A stretch of DNA of 63,787 nt, counting the filler, from Globobulimina sp. (Eukaryota), in NCBI GenBank assembly GCA_003354225.1. It is 53 parts of 53 records of this genome, joined end to end, with 100 filler letters (N's around TTAATTAATTAA, not from the genome) between each part and the next. Parts side by side here need not be neighbours in the genome. Positions count along the whole stretch, not along the records: positions 36,173 to 37,277 come from PIVH01023394.1; positions 37,378 to 38,482 come from PIVH01023395.1; positions 38,583 to 39,687 come from PIVH01023396.1; positions 39,788 to 40,892 come from PIVH01023397.1; positions 40,993 to 42,097 come from PIVH01023398.1; positions 42,198 to 43,302 come from PIVH01023399.1; positions 43,403 to 44,507 come from PIVH01023400.1; positions 44,608 to 45,712 come from PIVH01023401.1; 45 more parts are not named here. The stretch is one strand, 5' to 3'. Within the stretch, counting starts at the first letter, position 1. Each line of letters opens with the position of its first letter. The notes under the pieces are model-generated. The model saw only the letters and a list, made by a program, of their open reading frames with translations, had not been told where the DNA came from and searched no databases. The position numbers and the translations under genes were made by a program. This document shows, one piece after another, positions 36,214 to 49,427 of this stretch.

Positions 36214-37077
36214 ATGATATCAATGATGAACTATAAAGCAATTGTCATCGGTGCAGGGTTTGGCCGTACAGGAACATCATCGTTGCAGGCTGGTTTACAC
36301 GAATTAGGTTTCAAATGCTATCACATGAAGGATACGTTCAAAAAAAAGAACGAGTTACATACTAAATATTGGATTGTATTATGTGAAGAAAAAATACGAT
36401 TAAAAAAACAGCACAATGTGCTATCATTTGAAAATTGGAATTTAACCATGTTGGATAATGAAAAATATGGGACATATTTTGATGAGATATTGGCTAAAAA
36501 TGAGTACAATGCAAGCTGTGATTTTCCAGCATCTTTATTTTATTTGGAATTGATTGAATACTATAAACGAAAAGGTATGGATTATAAAATTGTTTTGACC
36601 GTCAGAGATACTGCAGAAGTATGGCACAGATCCTTTACAAATACAATCGCTCAATTCGAGGTTTTGTTTGATAAATGGATTTGGAAATTGATTGGCAAAC
36701 CATATGAACACGGCCAATTAAATAAGATTTTGTATAAATTAATATTCGATGGAAATAGAAGCAATTCCAAGCATAGGTCGAAAGAGAATATAATGAATAC
36801 ATATAATTTATGGATTGAATCAGTTAAAAACACTGTGGATAAGGATAAATTGTTGATTTTTAATGTGAAATCAGGTTGGAAACCAATATGTAAATTTTTA
36901 AAAATGGAGATACCAACGAAATATGCAAAGAAACCGGATGCATTTATTAGAACCAATGAATCGAAGGAAATGATGACAATGATTAACAGAATGAAGATGT
37001 TTAGTTTATGCACAGACATTGTAGTGCTTATTATTTTGTTAGCTGCAGTTATAATAATTACTTTTTTATTTAGATAG
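36214..37077 (+). CDS. P-loop sulfotransferase-like protein (Sulfotransfer_4) with C-terminal TM anchor
   Basis: VIGAGFGRTGTSSL, KCYHM, DFPA, VLTVRD, LLIFNVKSGWKPICKFL. Confidence 0.9.
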   Translation: MISMMNYKAIVIGAGFGRTGTSSLQAGLHELGFKCYHMKDTFKKKNELHTKYWIVLCEEKIRLKKQHNVLSFENWNLTMLDNEKYGTYFDEILAKNEYNASCDFPASLFYLELIEYYKRKGMDYKIVLTVRDTAEVWHRSFTNTIAQFEVLFDKWIWKLIGKPYEHGQLNKILYKLIFDGNRSNSKHRSKENIMNTYNLWIESVKNTVDKDKLLIFNVKSGWKPICKFLKMEIPTKYAKKPDAFIRTNESKEMMTMINRMKMFSLCTDIVVLIILLAAVIIITFLFR

Positions 37078-38582
37078 AACGTATACATTTATGTTAAAGT
37101 ACGTATTATATAAAGTTGGACCAACGTACATTCATTCAAAAACATCAAAAAAAGTAGGTCATTGCTAGGATTACTTAAATGCCATATAAAATGCAGTATT
37201 AATGAATATAACAACTATACAAAAAGTATTTTTGAGCAGTCAGCATATTTATGTAGCTGATATTACAATAATTCAATNNNNNNNNNNNNNNNNNNNNNNN
37301 NNNNNNNNNNNNNNNNNNNNNTTAATTAATTAANNNNNNNNNNNNNNNNNNNNNNNNNNNNNNNNNNNNNNNNNNNNATTACGCTACATCGCCACCAATA
37401 CGTACCAATGTGATTTGTGATGTTCCGGCGCCTCCAATCGATGCTATCTATGATGGTACGGCGCCGCCAATACGTACCAATGGCATTTATTACGGTACGG
37501 CGGCTCCAAACGTACCAATGCTTATTTATTGCGGTACGTAGCGCAGTGGTCATAGCGCCGTGGACAGCTGCCACCTACAAATCTCTTCTTGTGATGATAG
37601 CTCAAAGAGAGCGTCTTATTGAAGAATATTTGGGTTAAAATCCCAATCATCACATTTTTTCACCAATATAAAATCACAAATATAACTCTTGCAAAAATCG
37701 ACAATATAAATAGTCAATATATTGTTATGTACTTGTTATATTTATGTCTTATATTGCCATAGTTACACTGGTGCTATTACCTTGGTGCTTTTTCAAATTC
37801 CATTAACTCAAACTTTCGTCGGAATTTTGCGGTTTGGGGAATTTCATACTTTTATCAATATTGCGGATATCTCATAAATATTTAATTTTGACAGTTTTTA
37901 ATGATTTCCATACATTTTAACATTTCATCATATTTTTTCTTTTACAACTTTTGATCAAAAATAAAGGGTAAATCAATTAGAAATCCGTAATATGCTATAA
38001 AGATATGTTTTAAGTATTTTGTCACGTTAATTTGTAACTTTTTGGTTGATTTTTTTTGTAGCTAAGTATAACATTTTGTTGTTTTTCTTGATGTTACTTC
38101 AAAAATCGACAAAATGGCTTGCTTAAATGCTAAACAATTGGATGGTTCATCTGTTCAAATTGCAGCAACATTCGTTAATGATTTATTCACAGAGAAAAAA
38201 TCAAATAGCAATATTAATTATAATTTGGCTAAATATAAACTGCCAACACATAGTATAAATTCACACATTAAACAAGAGACCTAATGAAAATAAAATGGAT
38301 TCAATTTTTGGCAAAAATGAATATTTATGAGGATTTTTCGTTTGTAACAAATACAAGACATACAATGGAATATAATTGTGATGAATTGTCAGTTTTGGCA
38401 TTGGTGATGAGTGATATATTAAATGAAGAAACGATTGTAAAATATATGTTAAATGCAACTCATAGAGTTGAGTTGCAATCTANNNNNNNNNNNNNNNNNN
38501 NNNNNNNNNNNNNNNNNNNNNNNNNNTTAATTAATTAANNNNNNNNNNNNNNNNNNNNNNNNNNNNNNNNNNNNNNNNNNNN

Positions 38583-39254
38583 CGCTGTTCCGGCAGTGAT
38601 GGGTTGTTGAAAACAATTATATCGAAAGAGATTGCGGGATTTAAGCAAAGTTTATATGATTTTTGTAAGCTTAAGAAAGAAAAGAAGTTAATTAGAAAGA
38701 TGCAAAAACGATGGCATCCGGGCTGTATATTTAGTGTGTTGCAGGAAAACGGTCCCGATGCGTTTGTTGTGGGCAATAATGACAATGTCATGTATTCGCA
38801 AAGAGCTTTGGTTGTCAGTGAAGGCATAACATCGGCACAATATTTTGATGTATTTCTATCATTGCCCACCAAGCAAGAAAGACAATTTTATGGTCGCGTT
38901 ATGAGAATTATTACATTGATGGATGACTATAATAGCGGAACGGCAGCAGACGGATGGCCGGATATTAAACTTAGTACATCTGCGAAACATTTGAGTGATT
39001 ATATCTCGTTGATCTACAGTTCTATCTGGGGCTATGCGCTCAATATACCATTTCCGAAAGTGCCCAATTATCCGTCGCCGATTAAATTCGCTGAGCATTA
39101 CGCATCATGGCAGTATTCGTTGTTAACTGATCATGATACGAGCTTAACGCAATTGAATATTGATATTGATAATGCAAAACCAAAAATATGTAATGTTATT
39201 GCGCAAAATAATTGTAATGAGAATGTTAATGATGATAATTCAATGAGTCTGTAA
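38583..39254 (+). CDS. Hypothetical protein, C-terminal part
   Basis: 216-aa open frame, no recognised motif. Confidence 0.55.
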   Translation, partial: RCSGSDGLLKTIISKEIAGFKQSLYDFCKLKKEKKLIRKMQKRWHPGCIFSVLQENGPDAFVVGNNDNVMYSQRALVVSEGITSAQYFDVFLSLPTKQERQFYGRVMRIITLMDDYNSGTAADGWPDIKLSTSAKHLSDYISLIYSSIWGYALNIPFPKVPNYPSPIKFAEHYASWQYSLLTDHDTSLTQLNIDIDNAKPKICNVIAQNNCNENVNDDNSMSL

Positions 39255-39787
39255 AATGTTTTCATAGCTTAAAGAAATAAATAACTTGACAGCAGTTGAG
39301 CAGTATAATAATGTTGTATTAGTATTAATAATATTTGTCTCGTTTGCAGCCATGTTATTGCAACGAGTTTATTTTACTTTATTTTAAATTTAATTTATTA
39401 CTTTATAATCGTTTTGTTTTTTTTTAAACTTTGCATATTCGAAACATGTCAGCTCCAACAAATCCCGTAACTCTGACCCAAACCACAAATACACAAAACA
39501 ATAGCCACCAAAATGAAAACAACACACAACTAAATCAATTGCAACAAAATGAATCCAAAACAAATAACAACAACGCCACAGAGCCAAAAAGTGAAGTCTC
39601 TGAAGATGAAAATGAGTCAAAGGACAACACCCCGCCACCACCACCAAAAGCAAAACGATGCCCACACATCAACAATATCAAAAAGAANNNNNNNNNNNNN
39701 NNNNNNNNNNNNNNNNNNNNNNNNNNNNNNNTTAATTAATTAANNNNNNNNNNNNNNNNNNNNNNNNNNNNNNNNNNNNNNNNNNNN

Positions 39788-40892
39788 CGTTTGGCCCTAG
39801 TTTTGGCGCAGTGCCAAAAACAAACTTCGAAATGACCATTTTTGGAATTTAGTTGCAATTTCCTCAATTTTCGAGTTAGGAAATTATTTGTTTTTCAAAC
39901 GAAAGCCCATAAAACTCTCTTTAAATTGGCGAAAACCTCATTTTGATATCTGGTTTTGTTGCCGAGTTATGGGCGAAAATATGAAAATTTTACACGAAAA
40001 ATGTACCAACTTCAAGCGATCACAACTCCCGTTCTTTTTCACGTTCAGAGATTTCCCTTATGTGGTATATGTATCGTAGCCCCAAGTTACCAAAACAAAA
40101 AAAATTGGCGTGGCGCGGTTCTTATTTACGGAAATAATGACATTTTTGTAAGTCGAATTTTGCAAAATTTGGAAAAATCAACTTCTTCAATTTGAATGCT
40201 AGAGCATCAAATTTTTTTTAAAATGTACCTTATTAAAATATCTTTCGTTTTTGATATATGCCGAAGTACTACAATTCCTGGTTGAGCCGCTAGATCCACT
40301 TGAAGCCCGACATTTTGGTCATTCTGGTACAACATACTGTGCTGTTCAAAAAATGTCACATCGACATTTTACACTTTTTTCAAATGGCTGTAACTTCTTT
40401 ATTTCTGGGAAAAATTAAAGGATTTTTTGCAGAAACATAACTAATAGCAGTGCCAACTTATCTTTGAACAATGGTGTGAACATTTCAATGTGGTGCGGAG
40501 TTTTGTGTGAAAATGTCCAAAAAAACAGGTTTTATCTTAATGTCCATAACTTCTCACACGTTGCAGACAAATCCAAAATTTTCTGGGCTACAGCACCCGT
40601 AGCATAGACCAACAAAACCTCAAAGTTTCAAGCGTATAGCTTGCTCTATTGCAAAAATACAGATTTTCACTTTTTGTCATTTCGGAGGACGAAAATGGTC
40701 AAAAATTTAAAATTTTCGAAATTTTCTGAAAACTTACTCTCATGGGTACTTTTTTATGCCGATTATTGTGGTGAAGTCGAAATTGTCTTAAATCAACGAT
40801 ATTCTGGACTTTAAGATGCACTAACTAAAAGTGCGAAAATTCAAAATGACATTTTTATCATGTTTAACAAGCCAATATGAACTAATATCGTT
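39788..40892. repeat. Non-coding segment resembling an invertebrate non-autonomous DNA transposon
   Basis: No credible ORF; recurrent CCATAAC/GTTATGG and GTAACTT motifs in both orientations. Confidence 0.35.
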
Positions 40893-40992
40893 NNNNNNNN
40901 NNNNNNNNNNNNNNNNNNNNNNNNNNNNNNNNNNNNTTAATTAATTAANNNNNNNNNNNNNNNNNNNNNNNNNNNNNNNNNNNNNNNNNNNN

Positions 40993-41633
40993 CGCCTCTT
41001 CAATTTTTTTGACGACAGCCAACTGTTCATTGGATTCCATTGATAATGAATTTGTACAACGTTTCTTTGCATTCTTTAAAACAGTGACTGTTTCGTTTAA
41101 ACGAGCGCTAAGATTTTGTATATAGTATAATTATCAGAATATTTGATACAAATAATTTCTACAAACCTGAATTCACCCGAACCTTTGATATATTTATCGT
41201 ATGAAACTTGGAATATTGCATTTAAAAATAACTCAAAATGTTTTGAAATTTGAGCGATTGACATATTGGTGGAAGAATGCAATTGTTTTGCATTATTGAT
41301 GGAATCTTGGGATGTTTTATATGCAAATGCAAATTTTTTAATCTCTTTGTTTAATGATTGCAACGATTGTCTCTCCTCTTTAGTCACAATGAATGATTGC
41401 GACTCATTGTCGGCAGTATTATTTATTATTGGTTGCTGACAGCCAGATATAAATTCGTTATATTTTAATTGTTCATTAATGACTTCACGTTTAAATGTAG
41501 CTTTTTCTTTTAATTTTAATTTGGAATTATTTTGTTTTAAGAAATCTTTAATTTCACCGCATAATTCATCCAAATCATTATTGTTTAACATTACCAAATC
41601 TTTTAACTCAAAATCTTGATCTTTTAGTGCCAT
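40993..41633 (-). CDS. SAM-like/coiled-coil protein, spliced, partial
   Basis: LKDLVMLNNNDLDELC SAM-like motif followed by coiled coil. Confidence 0.55.
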
Positions 41634-42197
41634 CTCTAAATGACTTAGGCCGAGTTTTGAAAGCCAATGTTTTAAGGGTACGAACTATATAATATTTATG
41701 AAGGTGTTTGGTTATCCTTGCACAGACAACAGAATTTATTACTGTTGTGCAAGGACAGCGACACAACGTAAATGAAACACATAACTGTATATTGAGATGA
41801 TGGCGAAGCAACACTATCGTATGTTCCATGCCCTTCTTGATCCATATACATTGCCATGATTCTTACACTCAAAAAGGTTTTACAATTGAAATCTCACAAT
41901 TTACACGACAAACATGTACAAATTTGGCTGAGATTTCATTTTTCCAAACAAAGTTGTACATGTTTATCGTTTAGAATATACAACGTTTAATTGTATACAT
42001 ACGTAACATATATATATATCAAATCGTTTTTATATTATATGATATCATATGCAAATTCTATTGTTTACAAAAAAAAAAGCCAGTAAAATACTATTAANNN
42101 NNNNNNNNNNNNNNNNNNNNNNNNNNNNNNNNNNNNNNNNNTTAATTAATTAANNNNNNNNNNNNNNNNNNNNNNNNNNNNNNNNNNNNNNNNNNNN

Positions 42198-43302
42198 TGA
42201 ATTATTGAAGTTTGTCCCCGTGTTTATAATGGTATTAATTGCTGCTTTGTTTAGCGTAGCATTTATTGCAGGTGTTGACGGCTATAATGACGAATCCGGT
42301 CCTGACGGGTTTTGGGGATATGGCATTTTTAGTGGCTTCATATATATATTTGAAACATTTGTTGGAGCGGCTCAAATGTCTAGCTTCGAACTTGATGGCG
42401 TAGCAGTTGTATTTATGTTGGTAGGCTTCGTATTTGGTAATTTGTTGCTCCTCAATTTATTAATCGCACTCATGGCCTCGAAATATGAAGAAGTGAAGGA
42501 ACGAGCAACTCAGGATGTGATTGTGAATAAAACGGAGTTATCTTTTGATTTAATGCACAGATCCAGGCATATGCCGTTAAGTACAGTGTACATAATCTTT
42601 TGTAATTTTGCACTAAAACATCAAACATAAATTCTTCACAGGCCGCCATTGAACGTTATTGTTTATATTATTGCATTTTTGGTTTGGTTTTTCAATTTAT
42701 TTGTTGCTGTTTTTAATCCGCATTACAATTTGTTTACAATACTACATTATGGTTTATTTGCAAAATGGTCCAAACTTAATATTTGGACTTGTCAGTATGG
42801 TGGATGTGATCACAAATATATGGAAACAAGGCATGTTTATTCCAATGATGAGCAAAAAGGCACAACCAAACCAGTGGAAAAGTTGCCATATTTTTATGAT
42901 ATGTCTCGGGGTCAGGTGTTGCAATGGTATTTTTGTTGTGTAGTTTCCTGGTTTGATTTCGGAGATAATTTTAATTGTTTACTTTATTGCTTGAATATCG
43001 GTCCGTTTTATATCAAGAAACAGAAATTGGAATACATTCATCATAAAGGTTGTAATGGATGTCTTAAATTATTTTCCTCAGATAGACAGTTGTCAGAAAT
43101 TGATGGTATTACAATGAGTAAATATTTTGATGAATATGAAAACACGCCAACGAATAAAAGATTTGTATCAAGGCAAGATATGGATATATTAAATAAATTA
43201 ACTGCAAATACGTTATTTTGTAAAAATTGTTATCAACCTTTCTTGTGTCATGATGACGAATCAATCGAAAAACAATTGGTGTCACCATTTACGCCGTTAT
43301 AT
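42198..43302 (+). CDS. TRP-like cation channel (S5-pore-S6, TRP box), partial; intron 42576-42641
   Basis: LLLLNLLIALMASKYEEV; splicing restores MPPPLN. Confidence 0.85.
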
Positions 43303-43658
43303 NNNNNNNNNNNNNNNNNNNNNNNNNNNNNNNNNNNNNNNNNNNNTTAATTAATTAANNNNNNNNNNNNNNNNNNNNNNNNNNNNNNNNNNNNNNNNNN
43401 NNTGAGGAACTGTTTGATGAATTAAATGGAAACATTCGGGGATTTAATAAAATCGCAGAGCGGGTAACTCAAATATGTGCAAATAAATGAATTAACTCCT
43501 TGCTTATTGTGTTGGTTTGCTAATTTTGCTATTTCTAATTCTTTTTACACACAGAAAATTACAATTGAATCAATAGCTAAATTGTGATCAAACACAAAAA
43601 ATAACTGTTACAATATAACGAGATTCAAAATAGACTGACAAACACAAATAAGCAGAAG

Positions 43659-44507
43659 TTATTCATTTTGATATTTACAAATCATTTGTTGATAAACATG
43701 AAAATCCCATCCAATTTCCCTCAATACTAATTTTACTTTATTTACATCTCTCTCTCTGATCTTATGCCTTTGTGAGAAGAATATTCTCTCCAATTTTAAT
43801 TCTTGTCCTTTCCCTTTAAATGCATTACTAAAATGAATGAATTTATAGCACTCTTTCAATCGAAATGTCGTTTCTCTCAAAAATAAATCTGTAACGTTTG
43901 GAAATATTTTTATCACCGCTTCAAACGATATAACGCCTCTTCCTCTTCCTCTATTTTTTGGAGATGGCAACTCATTATCACCATATTTGGAGTCATCATA
44001 GAAAATAGGAAGCAATTCCAATGACACTGGATTCAAAACCAAAGATTCAACTTTTTTACAATCATTCACAAATTCGTGTTCTAATTTATTTTCTGTGTCA
44101 ACATTATTCCAATTTAATTTCCTCCACAACAACATTTCCTTCACTTTGTTTTTATAACGCAATGAATCGAATGTTTGCTTTGACAAAATACAATTTTTCG
44201 GATTGTGATCAACTACAACAAATTTATCTTTTTTTTCATCATCATTTTCCTGAGGATATAAAAACTCACTCTGTACTTTCTCATAACCATATTTCTCATC
44301 ATCTTCCTCATCTTCCTCGTCTTCGCCGGGTGTTATCGAGTCCAACATCATTTTCTGAGAAAGTGTTTTAAAAAAATATGGTTGACTTTGCCGTTTTTCA
44401 TCTTTATTATAATCAATAAATCTGAGCAAAAATGGTAATTCAGGCAATGGTTCGAAGGCAACCCGCCGTAAATGAATGGGTGTCACAAAAATCCATCCCA
44501 ATTTCTG
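43659..44507 (-). CDS. Hypothetical protein, C-terminal part
   Basis: 280-aa open frame. Confidence 0.6.
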   Translation of the reverse strand, partial: QKLGWIFVTPIHLRRVAFEPLPELPFLLRFIDYNKDEKRQSQPYFFKTLSQKMMLDSITPGEDEEDEEDDEKYGYEKVQSEFLYPQENDDEKKDKFVVVDHNPKNCILSKQTFDSLRYKNKVKEMLLWRKLNWNNVDTENKLEHEFVNDCKKVESLVLNPVSLELLPIFYDDSKYGDNELPSPKNRGRGRGVISFEAVIKIFPNVTDLFLRETTFRLKECYKFIHFSNAFKGKGQELKLERIFFSQRHKIRERDVNKVKLVLREIGWDFHVYQQMICKYQNE

Positions 44508-44607
44508 NNNNNNNNNNNNNNNNNNNNNNNNNNNNNNNNNNNNNNNNNNNNTTAATTAATTAANNNNNNNNNNNNNNNNNNNNNNNNNNNNNNNNNNNNN
44601 NNNNNNN

Positions 44608-45712
44608 GTTACAAAACCAACACACAATGACACATACACCGAAAAAGCAACACATAAATAGTAAGACAACAATGCCTAACAAAACCATAAATGTATCTGT
44701 TGATAATCGTTTATTTGCTACTATTAATGGTAATCTTTCTGTTGATACAATCTCTGATGTTTGGGAGGTCTCTATTTCTATATTTGTTGTAAATATAACC
44801 GTAGCAATAGATGTATATAATGTGGGTTCATATGTTGTTGGGTTTATAGTTGGTAATATTGTCGGAATATATGTTGGTGTATCAGTTGGACTTTGTGTTG
44901 GATAATTACTTGGATTTGACGTTGTGGGTGATATTGTTGGTGATGATGTTGGTCGTGTATCGCATGTTGAGTTCCATATTTTTAATGTATCCAATGTATT
45001 ATCAGTTGTATTAATATCAGACAAAAGCCATTTATTATTACACTCCATTGGGTTGTATGGCGATGAAGATCTACATGATGCATATTTAATGGATAAGTCA
45101 ATAGTGGCTATATACCATGATAAATCACGATAAAATAGATAAAAATTATCTTTTTTCCAGCCATCATAATTATTCTGATAAAGTTGAGGCTCATACTTTC
45201 CATTTAATTGAGTGCTATTTGTTTTTTATATTAGTGTGTAATGTGTATGTATATATTTGACAAATCTGGACATATTATAAATATATATAAAGTAAACTTG
45301 GATGATTCATAAACACATGTAATATTGGCAATTTTTGGGCAATTTGATGTTTGTAATGCCATATTATTATTTGAAATAAATTCGTTAGTTACTTTATCAT
45401 AAAAATACCATATTTGGCATAACGAAATGTCCATATTTTCATATATCATTTCACAAAATATGTTATAATTAGCGTCACCTACAAAAGAGGATACTGCCCA
45501 GAACCATTTATTATCGACAGAATCATAATATTGATACATGTATTTAACATCATCAGAGTTATAATAATATGCATAGCCATTTGTATCAATGGTATATAGA
45601 TTCCATGTTTCGTCATTCATGAAATAATATTCACTCATTTGAATCGATGATATGTTCCAACTACAAATTGATAATGGTTTGCTTGTATTGTTATTAGTTG
45701 TACTCCAATCAT
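44608..45712 (-). CDS. Surface protein with Tyr/Trp/Cys repeats, PT stalk and TM helix (spliced or frameshifted), partial
   Basis: ORFs 45231-45638 and 44608-45048; PTxxPT repeats; TM FMVLLGIVVLLFMCCFFGVCVIVCWF. Confidence 0.6.
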
Positions 45713-45812
45713 NNNNNNNNNNNNNNNNNNNNNNNNNNNNNNNNNNNNNNNNNNNNTTAATTAATTAANNNNNNNNNNNNNNNNNNNNNNNNNNNNNNNN
45801 NNNNNNNNNNNN

Positions 45813-46917
45813 GATTAAGTAACAGCATCATAAGTATTCTGGATTCAATCTCTGATATTGCATTTATATTTGTTTTGATATATTATGCTAATATTCAACA
45901 AGAGAAACATGCGACCAATTCGTTGCTTTTTTTAACAATTAGTAATTTGATATCTGTTGCAATTTTCATTTCATTGTATATGTGTTACAAAACTAAAGCA
46001 ACATCGTGGATAACATACATTGCCATATTTGTAGTATTTTTCATTTTGTCACCAGTTTTGCCAAGTTTTGAATGGATATCAAAGAAGTTAGAAATTGAAA
46101 ATAATGATTTTATTTTTGTAGCACCTTGTCATGATGGTATATTATTATGGTTTGAGCAGGAACTCAGACGCAATAAAATATTTTTAATGGAATGTTTATT
46201 TGAATCTTGCTTTCAAATTGTTATTCAGTTTGTTGCTTTATTCGTTTTTGATGATGTTGAGGAAAATATTTATTTGTATATATCAATTTGCATTTCTTTT
46301 GCGGTTATTATGTCGAAATTAGTTTTGATATCATACAATATGCGACGAATAACAATGATGTTTAATATGTTGTGTTATTTTATGGATGTTTTTTTCTCAT
46401 TAATATTTGGTATATTTATAGCGAGCTTCGCTTTGCAAAATATATTTGAATTTATCATATTTATACCATATTATTGTTATTATTTTTCATTCTTATTATC
46501 CAAATTATCTTTAACAATGCCAATGATGGTGCTCTTATTTTATCCATTTGCGATATGGTCATTCTGTGCTTTTTCGTTATTTCCATTATTAATTTATTTG
46601 ACAACAAATCCAATCGAGATTGGACAAAAAGAAAATTTTCATAAAAAGATGTATGGATTTTGTAAGAGTTCGACTGAAGAGGAGTATGAAAGAAAAATAA
46701 TTATTATAAATTATCTGTGCATTAAACAATATTTTGAAAAACTTAATAAAAGAGAAGATGAATATTATTATCAATTTGCAGAGTGGTTATATAAAATGAA
46801 AACAGATGATTTGCAATATATTGCATTTAGCACATTTCAAGCCAAATCAAATCGCATTATTTATAAAAAAGTGTTATCGCAAATTTCTAGATTTAAATGG
46901 TTGAATTTACCAAATGA
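45813..46917 (+). CDS. Multi-pass membrane protein, weakly XK-related-like, partial
   Basis: ECLFESCFQIVIQ motif; many TM helices. Confidence 0.6.
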
Positions 46918-47243
46918 NNNNNNNNNNNNNNNNNNNNNNNNNNNNNNNNNNNNNNNNNNNNTTAATTAATTAANNNNNNNNNNNNNNNNNNNNNNNNNNN
47001 NNNNNNNNNNNNNNNNNAAAACCAAATAAAGTTATGATTTAAAAGAATTTTTGTCTTTTTTTTTGTGTTGTTAATTGTGACTATCATTTTTTTTCATGTT
47101 TTTATTGTTCAACATATAAATATCTTTTCTTTTTTTTAGCGCAACATTGTGGCGCCTCATCTAGATTTACTCTAAAAAACAAGTGTCAACCTAAAAAGTC
47201 AAATATGTGCTATTATTTATTCTAAAGTAAATTGAAAATTAAA

Positions 47244-48122
47244 TTACAAATCTTGCCAATTTGACTTATATTCATCTACTTTTATTACAAATTTCGGCTC
47301 CGGATGTTCAATTTGGTCAAGTTTTGGAACAACCTCAAAATAAACAGAATTATTTTCAGAGCGAGCCGCATTAAATAAAGCTTTGACAGATTGCATTTGT
47401 TTGTTGATTGATTTTTTCATAACAATAATGGACGAAGTCTGATTATTTTTATTTTGATTTTTATCATTTTGGTTATTTGGAAATTTATTGATCGAATGTT
47501 TTAATATATTTATAGCGGACTGATAATATGCAACACAAAGACCGTGTTTTTCATTTGCTTTTAATAATTTTGCATTATATTTCAACGCAATCGCCTGATA
47601 TAAATCGGATCGAATTTTTAAATATAAAATAAAATCCTTTTTTATTGAATTATAAATATTTGAGGATAGATTTACATTTAATAATTTTTGACATTGCTTT
47701 AATTTTTGACTGACGCCGTACGACAATTTCATAGTTAATGAGGGCGATTTATTGGTTTGTACCGCTAATTGAATCATAAATTCTTGTGCATTGATCAAGG
47801 AAATCGTCGATAAAACAGATAAGCAACACACAAAGGACTCGGGAATGACATCAAATTGCTTTGTGGCGACAATAGCGACCGAATCCAAATCAATATTGCT
47901 GACAAATAACCAAATACCGGCCGCTTCGCGTAAATATAGCGATATTTGCTTCACTTTGTCTTTGTCGTCGTAGATTTGTGGCGATGCATTATTTAAATCC
48001 ATCGGTTCATCAAATATTGGATCAAAATCAATATTACTTTCTGCGTTGATTTTTTTTTTTTTTTTGTGTGAAATTTGTCGATTTAAATGGTGTAATTCCA
48101 CTGCTTTTTGGTAATGAGCCAA
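47244..48122 (-). CDS. BRO1-domain protein (BROX-like), C-terminal part
   Basis: YLREAAGIW, INAQE, HGLCVAY, ARSENNSVYFEVVP. Confidence 0.85.
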   Translation of the reverse strand: MAHYQKAVELHHLNRQISHKKKKKINAESNIDFDPIFDEPMDLNNASPQIYDDKDKVKQISLYLREAAGIWLFVSNIDLDSVAIVATKQFDVIPESFVCCLSVLSTISLINAQEFMIQLAVQTNKSPSLTMKLSYGVSQKLKQCQKLLNVNLSSNIYNSIKKDFILYLKIRSDLYQAIALKYNAKLLKANEKHGLCVAYYQSAINILKHSINKFPNNQNDKNQNKNNQTSSIIVMKKSINKQMQSVKALFNAARSENNSVYFEVVPKLDQIEHPEPKFVIKVDEYKSNWQDL

Positions 48123-48222
48123 NNNNNNNNNNNNNNNNNNNNNNNNNNNNNNNNNNNNNNNNNNNNTTAATTAATTAANNNNNNNNNNNNNNNNNNNNNN
48201 NNNNNNNNNNNNNNNNNNNNNN

Positions 48223-49327
48223 AAACCATTATACTGTGCCTCCTTAGATATACGGAAAGCATTTGATACAGTATGGAGGAAAGGACTTGTATAAGTTGCA
48301 TAATAAAGCCATCTATGATGACTCGCACTCCGCCATCCGTGATATCCCATTCATTACAAACATGTTTGAATTACATAATGGTGTGCTACAGCAACCCGTA
48401 AAAAAACACATCCAAGCCATTGACATTGATGGTTATATCTGTAGATATCACGTCAATGAGATACCGCCACCAATCCTAGCGTCCTTCAAAACACATTGTG
48501 AGTATTACCAAAACAAAGTCTCCAACCGAGATATTTGCGCAAGTTCTAGATTGTAAAACCATAAACCTCGAGAGCGCCTTAGCAAAACAGATTGAAGTGA
48601 TACGCAAACAAACCAAAATAGACAACTTTATATTCAAACAATTCTCAATTTTCGCTGGAATTCCCTCCCCCTCCGAGCGCTGGGTTGTCCTCAAATTAGC
48701 ATTTTATTGGAAATTGACCAAAAACAAACCCATTTCCTATATGCATATATGGCGATCCCTCCCAAACATTAACAATTATACCCTTTTCAAACAATATGCT
48801 AACTTAAAGCAAACCTGGCTGCCCAACGAGACCAGAATGATAAACAACATCCCAACAAACGTTTTACAATCCACCGACGTTTTACAATTTGATTGATATT
48901 TTTAATGACGTTTTACAATCCACCGAATTAAGACCAATCATAGTACAGCGCCAACATAAACAAATAGTCCAATCCCTACATCGATATCACCCCCTCAGAA
49001 TTCTTGAGCACCATCTCCCAGACTACAAAGCGATGAACACCTACGAGGTTGAGGATCTGGCGGATTACATCAACAAAGACATGATAACTCAATATCGAGA
49101 GCTTTTCTACTATTTTAACCAGAAACTCAACCATTGCTCCCTGTGTGGCAATGATGTTCCATCTCCCATTGAAGTTCATCTCTGTATCCATTGCCCAGTC
49201 CTAGATACCTATCGTTACACCTATTGGAACCATGCAAAAGCAGCATTGGCTAAAATAGGTTCCAAAATCAATACATTCCACAATCAAATTTATATGCAAA
49301 GAATCATTGAGTTCTGCACAGATGTCC
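48223..49327 (+). pseudogene. Decayed LINE ORF2 (RT with frameshifts and deletions, C-terminal CCHC zinc knuckle)
   Basis: LDIRKAFDTVWRKG, NGVLQ, CSLC-x8-HLCIHC; homologous to 25327-25557. Confidence 0.85.
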
Positions 49328-49427
49328 NNNNNNNNNNNNNNNNNNNNNNNNNNNNNNNNNNNNNNNNNNNNTTAATTAATTAANNNNNNNNNNNNNNNNN
49401 NNNNNNNNNNNNNNNNNNNNNNNNNNN

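Noticed and set aside
37378-37640. ORFs over a degenerate ~39-bp repeat (PPIRTN...GTA)
   Set aside because: Coding frame and strand are ambiguous; short fragment at a contig edge
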